64,000 nucleotides of DNA. It comes from Octopus sinensis (taxonomy: Eukaryota). Location: positions 32,302,001 to 32,366,000 of the forward strand of contig NC_043010.1 of assembly GCF_006345805.1 (NCBI RefSeq), given 5' to 3'. Positions 1-13,574 of the stretch are shown piece after piece (the first letter of the stretch is position 1; each line of letters begins with the position of its first letter). The notes below the pieces were generated by a model that did no database searches, was not told where the DNA came from, and worked only from the letters and a program-made list of their open reading frames with translations. Made by a program: the position numbers and the translations under genes.

Positions 1-1190
1 GTTGACCAAGGATTATCCAAATCAGTATAGGGGATTTTTACCTATATATACTGAGGGAGCATTGCATTTTGCTCAGACCTACACTGAGATTAGTGATGAG
101 ACCATATTCATTTTAGGGATTAGTCCAGGCCAAGTACTTAGACTCAAAAGGTTTCAATGTAATGATAGATGCCGTCAAAAGTGCTGATGTGGCAGACCTT
201 ATTGGCTTTTTTTTCTTGGATTTATTTAAGAAGAAATTTCCCTCTACTAGATTTAGCCTCTTTAGAGATAATGATTTGACAATGGTTACACACTCATTAG
301 GCTTACGAAGAACCTAAACCATACTCTGAATTCTCTTGGCTAAACTTAAGATGGTTCTATTTCTTGGTGTGACCCTTGATATAGACTCTTTTCAAAGCCA
401 AATGAAAGGCTAACATACATTAACACACCTTATCCATCCATAGTGTTCAGGAACCTAGTAGAGAGGTTCAGTAGAAGAATCTCTAGTCAGTCTTCAAGTT
501 AAGAGATTTTTTATGATGCTGCCAGTGGTATTAGGGATGAGATTAGTTATACATATGACCCTAATCCCACTAAGAAAATGCTACTGGAAAGTGTTGTGGT
601 TCACCCACCATTCTAAATCATAAAAAACTTTTTTGGTTAAGATTTTTTTTAGCTTAGTGGATAAACTCTTTCCTCATATGAATAGGTTCTGTAAAATATT
701 TGACAGAAACACTTTGAGAGTTTCTTTTAGCTGTGTGCTCAATATAAAGAAAATATATGTCTCACACCTGAGACAGAGGCAGGATGTTCATGCAGAGGCA
801 CCTTCATGTCCCTTTAATACAAACAAACAGTTGCATTTTAGGTGGAGGTAATGTCAGAGGACCCTAGCATTCAGTGAAATGTAAGGAGGTATGTGTTCTT
901 TCAGAATCAGATTTAACAAAAATGAGTCCTCCTATAATATCCAGGAGAGACACGATGTCACAATTCTGCCTAGGCCTTTATGGTTGTTGAAGGAATACAT
1001 CACAGATTACATCATGTGGAGAAACCTGGCAAAATGCAAGCTTTATTTTAGCAGTTGCAGAAAGTGCAAGATATGCCTAGCCAAGAGTAGAATTATGTTA
1101 AAAACCTTTTTCCATTGAGATACCTAATTGATCTGCAGGAGTGAAATTTTTTATTGATCTCCACATGAGAGAAGATTCATGGTTGCTTAC
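1..1190 (+). pseudogene. Degenerate Penelope-like retroelement (RT + GIY-YIG), truncated by window edge
   Basis: Broken frames give ALHFAQTYTEISDE, SRRISSQSSS, KIFFSLVDKLFPHMNRFCKIFDRNTLRVSFSC and CRKCKICL, colinear with the PLE ORF at 37269-39340 (ALDFAKQYVSIDSS, RRISSISS, KHFKQGHKFYRIFNRKTLKVSYSC, CNLCLLE). Confidence 0.8.
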
Positions 1191-1399
1191 CTACAGGCTC
1201 CATTATGCTTATAAATGCTAGGATCTCCATAAATCAGTTGTTTAAAAATTACAGATAAGAATTTTACTTTGTGCTTAATAGAAGCTTAGATACTTTACAT
1301 CGCAATAGTTAATCATTTACTTATTATATTAAACACTTTAATAGGAATTAACCTTATTATATAATAATTTTAAAATTATCATTATAAATAATTGAAATA

Positions 1400-3130
1400 T
1401 TTGAATGTCTTTCTAAATTTATGATAATATCTTAAAGTAAAGTGCCTATTAAAATTCAATAAAATTAATTTAGAAGTAATTATATAATACATTTCTTTGA
1501 GGCAAAGATCACAAGTAGAATTACCAGTATTATACAATGGTGCATAGCTAATATTGGACCACTTTAAATCATATTTAATATTCTTATCCAAATGCATTTA
1601 CTAAAATTAGTAGAATTACATTTTCTTCTATATTTAAAGGAATTAGAATGATCATAAAATCTAGATTTCCATCTATTAGCAGAAGAACCAATATACCAAA
1701 ACCTATAATGTCTGGTTATTACTTTACATTGATATTTTATATTCATCTGTAAACACTGTTTTTCTGAAGGGTATAGAGTTTTGTTTACACAATTACACAT
1801 GGATTTATTCACTTGTAAATTGCACTCATAGTTGAAAGAATTTCTATTAGCACCCATCTGCAAATAGGTGTTAAAGTAGGATTATAATAATTATCATTAT
1901 TAGAATTAATATTAACAGCATTTTGATCAATTAAAGAATCTAAACCTTGTTCCAAATGATTATCAATTACATTACTTTCAGTAGACTTATAATCAGTTCT
2001 ACAATTATCAATAGATTTAGAATTTAGGTATTCTCTAATTCTCTGTTTATTGTGTGCTGCAATAATATCAGCTAAATTCCTAGTAGTTGAATACAAAAAA
2101 AGGACTTAATGAACCCTAGTATATTCATTTTCTATAGTAATAGAATAGTAATAGACCAAGATGTTTAAAGAATCTATAAAGATGTTTTCTACACCTTTCT
2201 AAACTGACCATATATGAAATCTATATATAAGGAAAAGAGTGTCATCTCTATATAATCAACCTCTTTATTCTGGAAATTCAGTATGTATACAATAAAAAAT
2301 ATAATAAAAAATGAACTAAATCGGTAACATGGGCTGAATCACTTGATCCCATGGTGATATTGATAAAATCAGGTCTACCAAATCTAGTCCAATATTACCC
2401 ATCGAATTCAATAACGATTTTTCTAGCCTCTAGTATTATATGAACCTCACTTTTTGATAAATCTGAATTCTTCATAGTAAAAAGTAAAGCTTTATTCAGT
2501 AGGGTAGGGTTGATAGATGAGTTATGATTAGAAATACCCAACTGAATAAATTTAGTATGTTGTTTACCATTAATGCTTGAGAATCAATCAATAACATTCA
2601 AAGAATTTGACCATAAAGATAACCTAATATATTGTTTAAACCTAAGAATATGTTTATCAATAATAAAGGTACTAATCTTACTATGATTTGAAATGAAGGT
2701 TAATTCCTATAAAAGGATTTAATATGTTAAATAAATTGGTAATCAATTATTACATCATAATGTATCTAAGTTTCTACTAACCATTACATAGAATTATTAT
2801 CTGTAGTTTTTATTCTTTAGTTATCTATTAAGCATAGAGTAAGATTCTTGTGTATAATTTTTATTCTTTAGTTATCCAGTGACGTCAATAATTGAATATA
2901 AAAATATTCATCCTTTAGGTTATATTTTTTAGATTATTTTTTAAAATCATTTTCTGTGTAGATTTCAAATTGTCAAAAAATATACAATTAGTATGGTTTT
3001 TTTAATCTTTTATTTTTATAAAGTAAATTCAATGACGTCACTATGGGTTGAATGAATGAATGTCTTAAGTTAAATCTGATTTAGGCATTTCTTTTTGTTA
3101 GCGTTTATTAATGGCTAAAAGTTTTTGGAT
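1400..3130 (-). pseudogene. Degenerate Penelope-like retroelement, tail-to-tail with the 1-1190 relic
   Basis: Minus ORFs give CNC..., WYIGSSANRWKSRFYDHSNSFKY (GIY-YIG), WSNISYAPLYNTGNSTCDLCLKE and YSTTRNLADIIAAHNK. The upstream AT-rich part is RT-like but heavily decayed, so the 5' boundary is approximate. Confidence 0.75.
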
Positions 3131-3332
3131 GTTCAGTTGGAATTTCACCAATTTGTATTATTACCTTGATAATATTGTGTTGACATATATTTTCGAAGTT
3201 ACTATAAATTTTAATAATATATGTGTGTGTGTGTGTGTGTGTATCTCTCTATATATGCATGTATTAAGTTAGACTTGGCCCAGGCCAATACCAGCCGAAA
3301 TCTATCAAAGTATATCTATATACATATAGTAT

Positions 3333-3628
3333 AGATTATTTGCCAACATAATGTAGGGGCAATTGTTACTGTTATTTAGCCCCAGGAAACATCGTCTCCA
3401 GCTGACTATATGATTCACTATCTGCGTCCTTATATTTTTGAACAAGAAAGTTTACCGTCCTCACTCAGTTCAAAGCAATATTTGCATACCAATGGTTCCT
3501 GGGTTATTTCCCTTCATGAGCACAGAATAACTGTGTTGTATAGCCAGCTGGAGATGATGTTTCCTGGGGCTAAATAACAGTAACATTCGTCCTAACCAGG
3601 ACTGCCACATTATGTTGGCAAATAATCT
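3333..3628. repeat. Fold-back inverted repeat (arms ~3333-3410 and ~3539-3628)
   Basis: AGATTATTTGCCAACATAATGT...TGTTACTGTTATTTAGCCCCAGGAAACATC.TCTCCAGCTG.CTATA is mirrored on the right arm; ~128-bp spacer. Confidence 0.9.
3483..3524 (-). ncRNA. Degenerate hammerhead ribozyme motif in the IR spacer
   Basis: Minus RNA UGUG-CUCAUGA-AGGG(AAAUAA)CCCA-GGAAC-CAUUG-GUA-UGCA has the type-I layout but two core substitutions (G5C, A13G). Confidence 0.55.
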
Positions 3629-3902
3629 TTAATCTAGAGTACTGTTACTGAATGTCTCTTGTTCAGAGATTTAGAAATAATAATTTTCTATTTATATATA
3701 TGCATGTATATGTGTGTGTGTGTGTGTGTATGAGTGTGTGTATGTATGTATTTATATAAGCATACGTATGTGTGTATATATAAAAGCATGTATATATTAA
3801 TGTAATTGAAACAATTGTTGCATTTCGGAGGTGCGATCTAAAATAAAGATATGATTTTCTTCATACATATTATTTGTATTATATATATATTGTATATATA
3901 TA

Positions 3903-4205
3903 GTGGAGGTGCAATGGCCCAGTGGTTAGGGCAGCGGACTCGCGGTTGTAGGATTGTGGTTTCGATTCCCAGACCAGGCGTTGTGAGTGTTTATAGGGCG
4001 AAAACACCTAAAGCTCCACGATGCTCTGGCAGGGGGTGGTGGCGATCCCTGCTGTACTCTTTCGTCACAACTTTCTCTCACTCTTTCTTCTGTTGGCCTG
4101 CTCGCTTAGCCAGTGGGGTGGCGTCATTTGAAGGCTAAAACAATGCTAAGCGCATTGTGACCAGCGATGTGTAGCAACATCTGATAGCCTGGTCGGTCAC
4201 GTGAT

Positions 4206-4213
<8 letters not shown>
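3903..4213 (+). mobile_element. tRNA-derived SINE
   Basis: A-box TGGCCCAGTGG and B-box-like GGTTTCGATTCCC; body shared with 45036-45342 (GCGAAA(A)CACCTAA(A)GCTCCACG, CACAACTTTCTCTCACTCTTTC); flanked by (TA)n. Confidence 0.85.
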
Positions 4214-4279
<66 letters not shown>

Positions 4280-4289
4280 TTGTGTATAC

Positions 4290-4552
4290 ATTTTACAGAC
4301 AAGAAAGTAATAGTTCAAATGCAGTATAGTCGTGAAAATGGCAGAAAGATTGGGTATTTACCCTTATAAGATGGAAAAAGTTGTCAGCAGACAGCCACGG
4401 GACTTGTACCCACATCCACACTAACTGGCCCACTGACAACAATCTCTTTCAAATTAAGTGTGAAATATAGCTTTTGGAATGCAACAACATTTTGTTTCTA
4501 CAAACTTTGGGAGTGTCACTGTGTATCATATTTTACAGACAAGAAAGTAATA
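4290..4552. repeat. 23-bp direct repeat flanking a 217-bp segment
   Basis: ATTTTACAGACAAGAAAGTAATA occurs at 4290-4312 and 4530-4552. Confidence 0.85.
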
Positions 4553-4559
4553 ATATTAA

Positions 4560-5850
4560 CACATACTGATCCCCAAGTCTCTCACAGCCTATGACTCTGA
4601 GAGTACAGTGCCTTTGGGCAGTGGTGCTTTTGTGAGTTGATAGTGCAGTGCTTGAAATTTTCCAGCATTAAACTGCATGTTCTGTACTTTAGCCCACTTG
4701 TATATTACTTTCAGGTCCTGTCGCAAGCTTGTGACATCATCTGGATTCTTTATTGCCTGTAATAATTTTGTATCATAGCTAGTGACAGTGGCCATTTGAG
4801 TGACCATGAGCATGTCTAAGTGAGCTATTATAAACAGTAATGGTTTCAAGAGAGTTTCCTGGGGAACACCACTTAGAATTTGAGTTTCTTCAGAGAAGGC
4901 AACTGCCTAACTTATATCCTTTGGGAATTCATGCAGTCACTCTCTCAGTTTATCAACTATGTCAAGGTCTCACAGCTTCTCATATCATGTCATGATCTAT
5001 CTTATTAAATGTTTTTGTGAAGACAAGATATATCCCATTGACATCAAGCAACTGTTTCAAAATTTTGTTCTAGGGCTGTAAGAGCTGTGTGGGGCAGCTT
5101 CTTCCTGGATGTAAGCCATGCTATCTATTGTTCAGTAAGTCAATTTTTTTTAGGAATATTATCAGTTTGATTCTGATGATTCATTTCATTACTTTACTGA
5201 TGTGTGAAGCCAGAGAGATTGGCCTGTAGTTTTTGGCCTCTGCTCTACTTCCACCTTTGTGGATAGGGCATATAATGCCACCTTTTAGCTTTTTAGGAAG
5301 TTTATCACTTGCAAGGAATTTCTGGAAAAGTATCTGAAGTGGTTTCACTAAAGCCTACTTACATGATTTGAGGAGAATAACTGGGAAGCTATCAGGACCA
5401 GTCGCTGAGCTTGAGCTCATTTTATCTATGGCCACTGTTATATCTGCCTCTTCAATGCTGATGTAATCATCTGTAGGTTTGCAGTATTAAAGAATTCAGC
5501 CAGGTTTTTATCTGCATGTGTCCCAGTGGGGAGGTAAAGACACTTTGAAACTGTTCACTGAGAACTTCACTTGCCCTTTTTGGGTTGACAGACAGTGAGC
5601 TATTCCCTTGGAACACCAGTCCTATTTTATATTGTACAGTGGCTGTTTCTTTTGCAAATACATAGAAAGCTTTAGGGTTTGTTTTTATGCTTTCTACAGC
5701 TCTGTTCCCTCTCCCTGCTCTTTCCTTTCCATGAGTGAGTTTGAGTTTGTTTTCGATTTCCAGGAGTGTCCATCTTAAAATAGATTTCTCTCTTTCCTTC
5801 AGTTGCCTAATCAGCCAGTTTGAAACTTTTTATATGCATTCTGGAGATCT
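4560..5850 (-). pseudogene. Degenerate CR1/Jockey-group LINE reverse transcriptase
   Basis: Minus frames give GPDSFPVILLKSCK, IICPIHKGGSRAEAKNYRPISL, GVPQ..L.PLLFII, a decayed YADDTK (SYDTKL) and LRQDLKVIYKWAKVQNMQFNAGKF. Confidence 0.8.
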
Positions 5851-5882
5851 TGTTTGTTGGTATGCTGGCCATGTGTGTGTTT

Positions 5883-5952
<70 letters not shown>

Positions 5953-5960
5953 CGTGTGTG

Positions 5961-5994
<34 letters not shown>

Positions 5995-5997
<3 letters not shown>

Positions 5998-6103
5998 TAG
6001 GGAGTATATCCAAACTTACAGGGAAAAATTAGATTTAGGATTAAATCAAATTTCACAGTATAAATATAAATTAAATTAATAGTGGTTTTATCTCTAATTT
6101 AAT
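5995..6103. repeat. Short dispersed repeat inserted in (TA)n, with inverted terminal piece (copy 1 of 3)
   Basis: TATTAGGGAGTAT..CCAAACTTACAGGGAAAAATTAGATTTAG...TTTCACAGTATAAAT also occurs at 34456 and 53273; 6079-6099 is the reverse complement of 53358-53378. Confidence 0.85.
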
Positions 6104-6158
<55 letters not shown>

Positions 6159-7519
6159 TGAAGTGCACAAACCTGTGAGGAATAAAGTATACACATGTAC
6201 AATTACATTTAACATGTATGTGCATTTAAATGTAGAAAGACCTTTTGCTTCTCATGAGGAAGTTCTCTTCATGGACAATATATGAAAATTCATTTGGTTA
6301 TGAATGACATCAATGGCTCATAGGATGCATGTGTTTCTGCATTGTTATACTTTATCAGCTATGTATGTATGTATGTATGTTTGAATGTATGTATGCATGC
6401 ATGCACACACGCACACAGATGCAATTATGTTTAAAACAACTAGGATTATGTAAGATAAGGTTCAAGGAAATGTGAATGTGTTCATTACTTCTGTTAAAGC
6501 AATTAAGATAATTTGTAACTTTATATGATAAACCATTATAAAAGGTGTTTACTTAAAACTGTATAAATATACAGATATATAAGCATTTGTGTTAAAAAAT
6601 GGAACCCGCCCAGAAATCAATATATAAGGTAGGATTTATTTGTCTAAAATATTTGTGATAAGAACAAGAATAAAAAGGTTATGAAAGATGCAGATATATA
6701 AACAATCTCATAAATGTTTGTGTAATTTCAATAAAATTTATGTGTGTAAACCAGCTGTTGTTACTGAAAGCAATTTTTTAGTATATTAAGCTATGACATT
6801 ATGAAATAAAACCAAGATTGTTTTACATACAAATATTAAAATAGAAGCAAATTTGGATCAAGAACAAGTGATGTAATTTGAAAACAATATAGTTAAGTAA
6901 CTGTATCTCACTGAAGATTTCTATTGGTAGTTGTGTGAAATCGTGAAGGGAAAATTTTAGGCAATTGGTACTGAAAAGCATCCAATTATGTTTAAGAGAA
7001 ATTATGAAAACATATAGAGTGAGAACAACTTGGGTGGGTTAAATTTAGAAAAGGAACGTTGGTATTGAACTTTGATCACTAAATCTTGAGCAAATTAAGA
7101 CGTACAAACTTATGTAAATTTCATTTCAAAATATGGTTAGTGAAACATATATGCCTCAGGGCAGTTTCCTACTAGTTGCTGAATGACGTTTACACATTTA
7201 ATTTACAATCTGTGTAATTTTTCTGATATTTCTACATCTAATTTTTCCTTGAACCCTTTATTTGTTTAATAGTACTCACTTACAGAGAAATGTGCTCTGC
7301 TCAATTTGTTTCCTCATAACTTTCTAAAAAGGGATATTTATTAATGAAAGCTTCTTCAAATAAATTTCAGATGTGTAGCAAACCACATCGAACATAGGAG
7401 TGGAATGAGAACATAGATACCATGCTCAAACCTTTTGGTAATGTGTTGTGTCTTGTGGTGCACTTTTAGTGTGTATGTCTTTCTGTCTGTCTGTCTGTCA
7501 GTCAGTCAATCAGTCAGTC

Positions 7520-8890
7520 ATTATTCAATTTAATCCAAGATTTCTTGCAGATAGAAAAAAAAACAGTTTCTAACCTAGATGCAAGGTTCTTTCATTGGAA
7601 TTCCAACATCAACGACAAGGTATTTTTGTTTGTATGTATGTGTGTATGTATGTATGTATGTATGTATGTATGTATGTATGTATGTATGTATGTATGTATG
7701 TATGTATGTATGTATGTACGTTCGTTTGTTCGTTCATTCGTTCAGATTTGTATGTTTTATGTATGTATTCTCATGCAATATAGTTACATATCTGGACATG
7801 CTCATATATATTTAAATAATAAACTGGAAAGTTTTGCAGAATTTTACAGTTCCAGTGATGGATTGGATCTGTAGTCTTCGAATTAGCTTTCTCCTCTCTG
7901 GTTTTGAGAAGCCTAATTTCTCAAGATTGTTATTTAGGCTGTGTGTTACATATAAACCTGAACTTGTAATCTGGATAGAGTAACTGCAGGTTTCTCAGTA
8001 GTTCAGCATATTTCTCAATAGTTCTCTTTTTCACTGATCTTCAGCTTTATGTTAACATCCACTGGGCAGCTAAGTTCCACAACTGTGCACAGTTTCTCTT
8101 CTCTATCCCAAATCATTATATCAGGTCTGTAGTGTTTATATTTTATTGAGGTCTTCACTGGTGCATTCCACCAGTATTCCTTTTCATTAATAGTGGCTAT
8201 GGCTTCTACTATATTGTGGGTTTTTATTTCTTTGTCCTCGGGATTATCCTTCTGATGGAGTTCATTATAGAGTGTCCTAGCTAGACTGTCATGTCTCATT
8301 GGCACATATATTACCATGATGACATTTTCAGGCAATTGCTTATGATGTAGGTGATATCTTCAGTGTGAACTCCACAAAGTCTGCATCGTTTGTTGCATTT
8401 TATAGCTTACCCTGCATCTCAATCTCTTTTGTGCATCAGGTACTTGGTTGATATTTCCTGTTCCTGGATTGCAAATGCATACCCTTCAAAGTGGGAGGTA
8501 GTAGTCCGGCTATTGGTCCATGATAGATTGCTTTGATAATTGATGTTACTATCATCACAGAGCTTTCTACAAATATATCCATGCATAGTTTTCTGCTCAT
8601 ATAGGCTCATCCTTTCATGTTGCAGTAGAGTCATGTGACTTCTTTGGGCATGTATTCTAGGTTATCAGATAAAGAATGTTGCTCAAGGAGATGCCTTCCA
8701 AGTCTTATGATATTATTAACCTCGTGTATGCAAACTTGGTGAAGGGATGCACTTCGATGCTTGGTAGGTAAAAGATGTTGCTGAAGGGATATGATGGGAC
8801 ATTCAAAGGCATTTTGGATTGATGTTAAGCCTTCCCACCTTAAGCAGAGGTGATCTATATCATTGTTTATGTGGAAATTATGTGTGCTGT
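7520..8890 (-). mobile_element. 3' portion of an R4/Dong-like non-LTR retrotransposon (restriction-like endonuclease)
   Basis: Minus frames give HGYICR, FEGYAFAIQEQEISTKY, a CRLCG zinc-knuckle remnant, RHDSLAR and RPDIMIWDREEKLCTVVELSCP (PD-(D/E)xK-type RLE). The 3' UTR contains (TATG)n. Confidence 0.8.
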
Positions 8891-8926
8891 ATGTATATAT
8901 GTATGTATGTATATATGTACGTATAT

Positions 8927-9420
8927 GTCAGGTTACTTTTGAGTGCTACTGGTAACATGTAACCCAGTACAACCTGTTGCATGGTCGGGTCGTTGGCGAC
9001 TAAACCGGCAACCCCACCAAGCTTGCGTGGTGAAGAGGGTGTTTATTGGACACCCTGCAGGATGAAAAATAAAATCCATCAAAGGGCGGAGGAACTCTTG
9101 AGAGTCAACAGCCATCTAATAAATGTCTTAAGGCTGTATCATGCGTGGGGGCATAGAAATAATCGGACTAACTGCCCGATCGTGCGGTTAAACCATTGGG
9201 AGTGAAGGACTCCTAGCCTTTGTTAGGGCATCCTTCTAGGAGAAGGTAACTCAGGTAACTGGGATAACTCCGACATAAAACCTGCGGCTCAGTGGTTACC
9301 AATGATGTTGACTTGTTCTTCTTTTCAGATTATGGCTGCTGTTGCTTTGTGAGTGGGATTGACTCAGTGCACAGCCTTTCCTCACTTTAAAAAAAAAATC
9401 TTCTTGCACAGACATTGCAT
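8927..9420 (+). mobile_element. GC-richer repeat beginning GTCAGG right after TATG repeats; probable 5' UTR of a non-LTR element, or a SINE
   Basis: Composition changes abruptly after the microsatellite; the same 14-nt start recurs at 11420; no credible ORF. Confidence 0.45.
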
Positions 9421-10764
9421 GATAACAACATTGATTAAGCTTTGTGCAATGGCCATACTCGATAACGAGGGGGCAGCCACCATGTATGTACGTACATACA
9501 TACATATGTATGTGAGTGAGTGTATAGACTGATGGGTGGATAGAAAGACAGATATATATTTCTATATGTAATGTCTGCAGAAAAATGCAGTGGAAATTGA
9601 AATATTTGGTAGAACGAAACACTTAATTTTTTTGCAAAGAATCCTAATATTTAGTTATTCATGTATGCACTATCTATTTTACTACAGTTTTCTCTTGAGA
9701 ACTATTGGCTATTTGGTGAAACATTGAAATTATTAATTAGAAAGCACCATAAATGAAATATTATCAAATTAAAAGAAATTGTGTAAAAATGAATATATAG
9801 ATGATCCTAATCCTGAGCATTGATTAAAAAAGTTAGAGAATAGAATTCCATATGACTTTGGAGTGCAATGTTTGCTTGGTTTATAATTGTCAGTATAAAG
9901 CTTTGTAACGAATAGAATTTAAAAAAAATTTTATATGGAAAAGCATGGTGGTCAACTTTAAACTTCAAATTTGACTTAACAGCCTTTCTGTTTTGGTTTC
10001 TAAACAAGGTGTGTATTGATAAAATATTTGATTTCTATCAACAAATTTTTTCCAGCCATCAAAACAAAGCACTCAGGTGTACCTTCTACACAAAAATAAA
10101 ACACCATTGGAATCCAATTTCAACACTTATTACTAACAGAAGGAGACATAGAGTAATATAGTCTGCTGTTAAACTTGCAAGTTTTAATACTGATTTTTAC
10201 ATACTCCCACTGAAACACTTTCCTCTAAAACACAAACACCAAATTTTCCTAAGATAAAAAATTATAATGAATAAAATAAAATTAAAATTACATGTGCAAC
10301 CACCTATAACTTTGTACATCAAACCTAACAAATGCTAGACATTGAAGCTAAACCCCAGACATATATACTACCTAAATACTTCTACTTGTTATAGTATTAA
10401 CATTAAAAATGGTCTGTCTGAAGGAAATTATAAAGCTAAAAATTGGTTTACTATGTCAGTTTTAACACTAACATAACTTCAATTTTGTATATGAGTTTCA
10501 TTGCTTAATTCATTCAAAATGAAATTTTATCAGCACATATGTTTTGGTGACAGGATGAAAACACTGACACTTCACTATTGGATCATAATTGGAACTTAAA
10601 CTGAATCAATATACCATTTAATATGAAATGGCAAATTTATGTATTTGTTTTGCAAGAAAATTTTATCTTACACCAACAAGCAATGTTCAGAATCACATGA
10701 AATTATCTTTTCAAACCTTCCACTTAATCAACAATCAGACTTAGTCTTAGCTCATAGACAGTTT

Positions 10765-11079
10765 TGTATGTATGTATGTATGTATGTATGTATGTATGTA
10801 TGTATGTATGTATGTATGTATGTATGTATGTATGTATGTATGTATGTATGTATGTATGTATGTATGTATGTATGTATGTATGTATGTATGTATGTATGTA
10901 TGTATGTATGTATGTATGTTATGTATGTATGTATGTATGTATGTATGTATGTATGTATGTATGTATGTTATGTATGTATGTATGTATGTATGTATGTATG
11001 TATGTATGTATGTATGTATGTATGTATGTAGTATGTATGTATGTATGTATGTATGTATGTATGTATGTATGTATGTATG

Positions 11080-11111
<32 letters not shown>

Positions 11112-11418
11112 TGTATGTATGTATGTATGTATGTATGTGTATGTATGTATGTATGTATGTATGTATGGATGTATGTATGTATGTATGTATGTATGTATGT
11201 ATGTATGTATGTATGTATGTATGTATGTATGTATGTATGTATGTATGTATGTATGTATGTATGTATGTATGATGTATGTATGTATGTATGTATGTATGTA
11301 TGTATGTATGTATGTATGTATGTATGTATGTATGTATGTATGTATGTATGTATGTATGTATGTATGTATGTATGTATGTATGTATGTATGTATGTATGTA
11401 TGTATGTATGTATGTATG
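10765..11418. repeat. ~650-bp (TATG)n microsatellite
   Basis: Near-pure tetranucleotide array with few interruptions. Confidence 0.97.
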
Positions 11419-11419
11419 T

Positions 11420-11498
11420 GTCAGGTCACTTTTTATTTCTTTGTCCTCAGGATTATCCTTCTGATGGAGTTCATTATAGAGTGTCCTAGCTAGACTGT
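11420..11498. repeat. Chimeric fragment: GTCAGGTCAC head fused to a 69-bp copy of 8221-8289
   Basis: 11420-11433 matches 8927-8940 at 13/14; 11430-11498 matches 8221-8289 at 68/69. Confidence 0.85.
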
Positions 11499-11805
11499 TC
11501 AAGGAAATTTTAGCACACTAAAACACTTTAAAACACTTTAAGCCTATTATATTTCCAAACAACTAAAAATCTGTGGAACACAACCTCACACATATTTATC
11601 ATATTAAAAATTTTTTAGTATTCTAATACTATATTTTAAATCTATTTTATCTTCATGTACATTGTAAATGCTTTCAATATTAAATTCTTTGTTACTGACA
11701 GCAACAGTACAATTTTGCTAATAATTATTACTGCATTCTTAGACAATAGAAAATAGCTTTTTTGTTGTTATAATATATAAAAAGGAATATACAACACTAA
11801 ATAAT

Positions 11806-12023
11806 CTTTTCTACTATAGGCACAAGGCCTGAAATTTTTGCAGAGTGGGAGACAGTTTATTACATTGACCCCAGTGCTTGACTGGCATTTATTTCATCAT
11901 CCTTGGAAGGATAAAAGGCAGAATCAACCTCAGCAAAATTTGATCTCAGAAAGAAAAGACGGATGAAATGCCACTAAGCATTTTACCTGGTGTGCTAACA
12001 ATTCTGCCAGCTCACCACCTTAC
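11806..12023 (-). mobile_element. SINE with 15-bp target-site duplication
   Basis: ACAACACTAAATAAT at 11791-11805 and 12024-12038; body is similar to a degraded plus-strand copy at ~23350-23530. Confidence 0.75.
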
Positions 12024-13574
12024 ACAACACTAAATAATAAACCCAGCATTTTTATTATAATAAGGTTCCACCTGACCCCACTCATTTTATCATTTAAACC
12101 TAGACTCAGTTTCTACTCAACTAGTTTTTATACCCATGAATTAGCTACCTGCAAATTTCTATTATTTTTAATGTAATTTCATTTATGTATTTTTTCATTT
12201 CTTCCATGACAGTTTTTTTCTTTTAATTACTTATAAATCAATTGATTAAATAGGTACATACCACATAATTATTTCAGCTCATACAATCTTCATTTCACTT
12301 TGGTTAAACAGCTAATTATTCCCCTTGACATTCTTCCATTATCTTTACTCCTCCCACTTAAATTTTATTTCAACTTTGTTTAATCCACTTCAAAATTACT
12401 TATGATAATTTAATCCACCTTAAAGATACCATTTAATAATTTATATTTTATCTGTCATTCTAAAGCAATGACATCTACACACTTCCTTCAACTTTGATGG
12501 TATTTTGCATATATTTTTTGCTTTGTATATCAGTGTTCATATAAGTTATTTATACACCCTTTTATCCACATTTTAATCTTTTGTAGACCAATACTATTTT
12601 AATCCTCATTTTTATACCTTATAATCTTTTATCATCAATCATATATCCCAATGTAATTTATATTCCAGCATAACTTAAACTCCAATGTAACTTATATTTC
12701 AATATAAAATATTCTAATATAACTTGCCTTTCAGTGCAGTCATTATTACACTCTTTTATTTGGATGTCATGTGTTTTATGTTTTTTCTTATTTAATAATT
12801 CTATTGTTCTAGCATAAAACATGTTTCTCTCAATAACAAACAGTAGTTTATAAATATAAATTTGACACAACCTCTGTAAAAGCTGTTATTTTATGATATG
12901 GACATTTTATATTCATCTTTCTCCTTCATATGTGTGTGTGTGTGTACAGGCGTGGTTGTGTTGTTGAAAATTTACTTCTCAACCATATGGTTTCAGATTC
13001 AGTCTTACTGCATTACTATATGATATCTTGGGCAAGCTCCAGGCCATGTGTGTGTGTGTGTGTGTGTGTGTTTGGGTGTGTGGCAAGGGAGACAACAGGG
13101 AGCTAGCATTGCCAGGTTACTGTCATCTCCCTTGCCACACACACCTCAAGCCTGCCTTGGCCTTTTAACTCAGGTTTGTCTATTTTTTCCCAGCTTTTTT
13201 TATCTCCTAATCTATTCTCTCTGTAAAAAAGTTCACACTCAAAGTATTAAGGACATTTTCCATTTTTCCTGAACATCAACCTAATACACTTTGACCTCAT
13301 CTTTGTGTTTTCTTTAATTTTGGACCATATATTTTATACGCTCATGTGGTCATCCCAGTGTGATCTTCCCTGATTGAACCTTCTCCTCTCTTGGACTCCC
13401 ATCTCCTTTACGACCTATTTCTTGGATTATTGCCACCTCTCAAAGACTACCTTACCATCAAACTCCATCCAGATTACCTCTTGAACTTTATACTACTTGG
13501 ACTACCACCTTCCTGAATCCAACTCTGCACTCTCGTTTGTGTGTAAATATATATAAATATATATATATGATCTG

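Noticed and set aside
2879-3040. Two TGACGTCA CRE palindromes
   Set aside because: They lie inside a decayed retroelement with no promoter context.
3903-3985. tRNA genes at SINE heads (also 30871, 45036, 50445)
   Set aside because: A/B boxes are present but there is no convincing cloverleaf, and each continues into a repeated SINE body.
6907-6950. CUGAAGA...GAAA hammerhead-like match
   Set aside because: There is no consistent helix I and no valid NUH triplet.
7371-7437. Exon-like segment with good AG/GT boundaries (MCSKPHRT*EWNENIDTMLKPF)
   Set aside because: All three frames contain stops; rescue by an internal acceptor or A-to-I recoding is unsupported speculation.
9900-12880. Possible very old PLE relics flanking the TATG array (also ~30560-30840)
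   Set aside because: Only scattered short peptide resemblances; needs a profile search.
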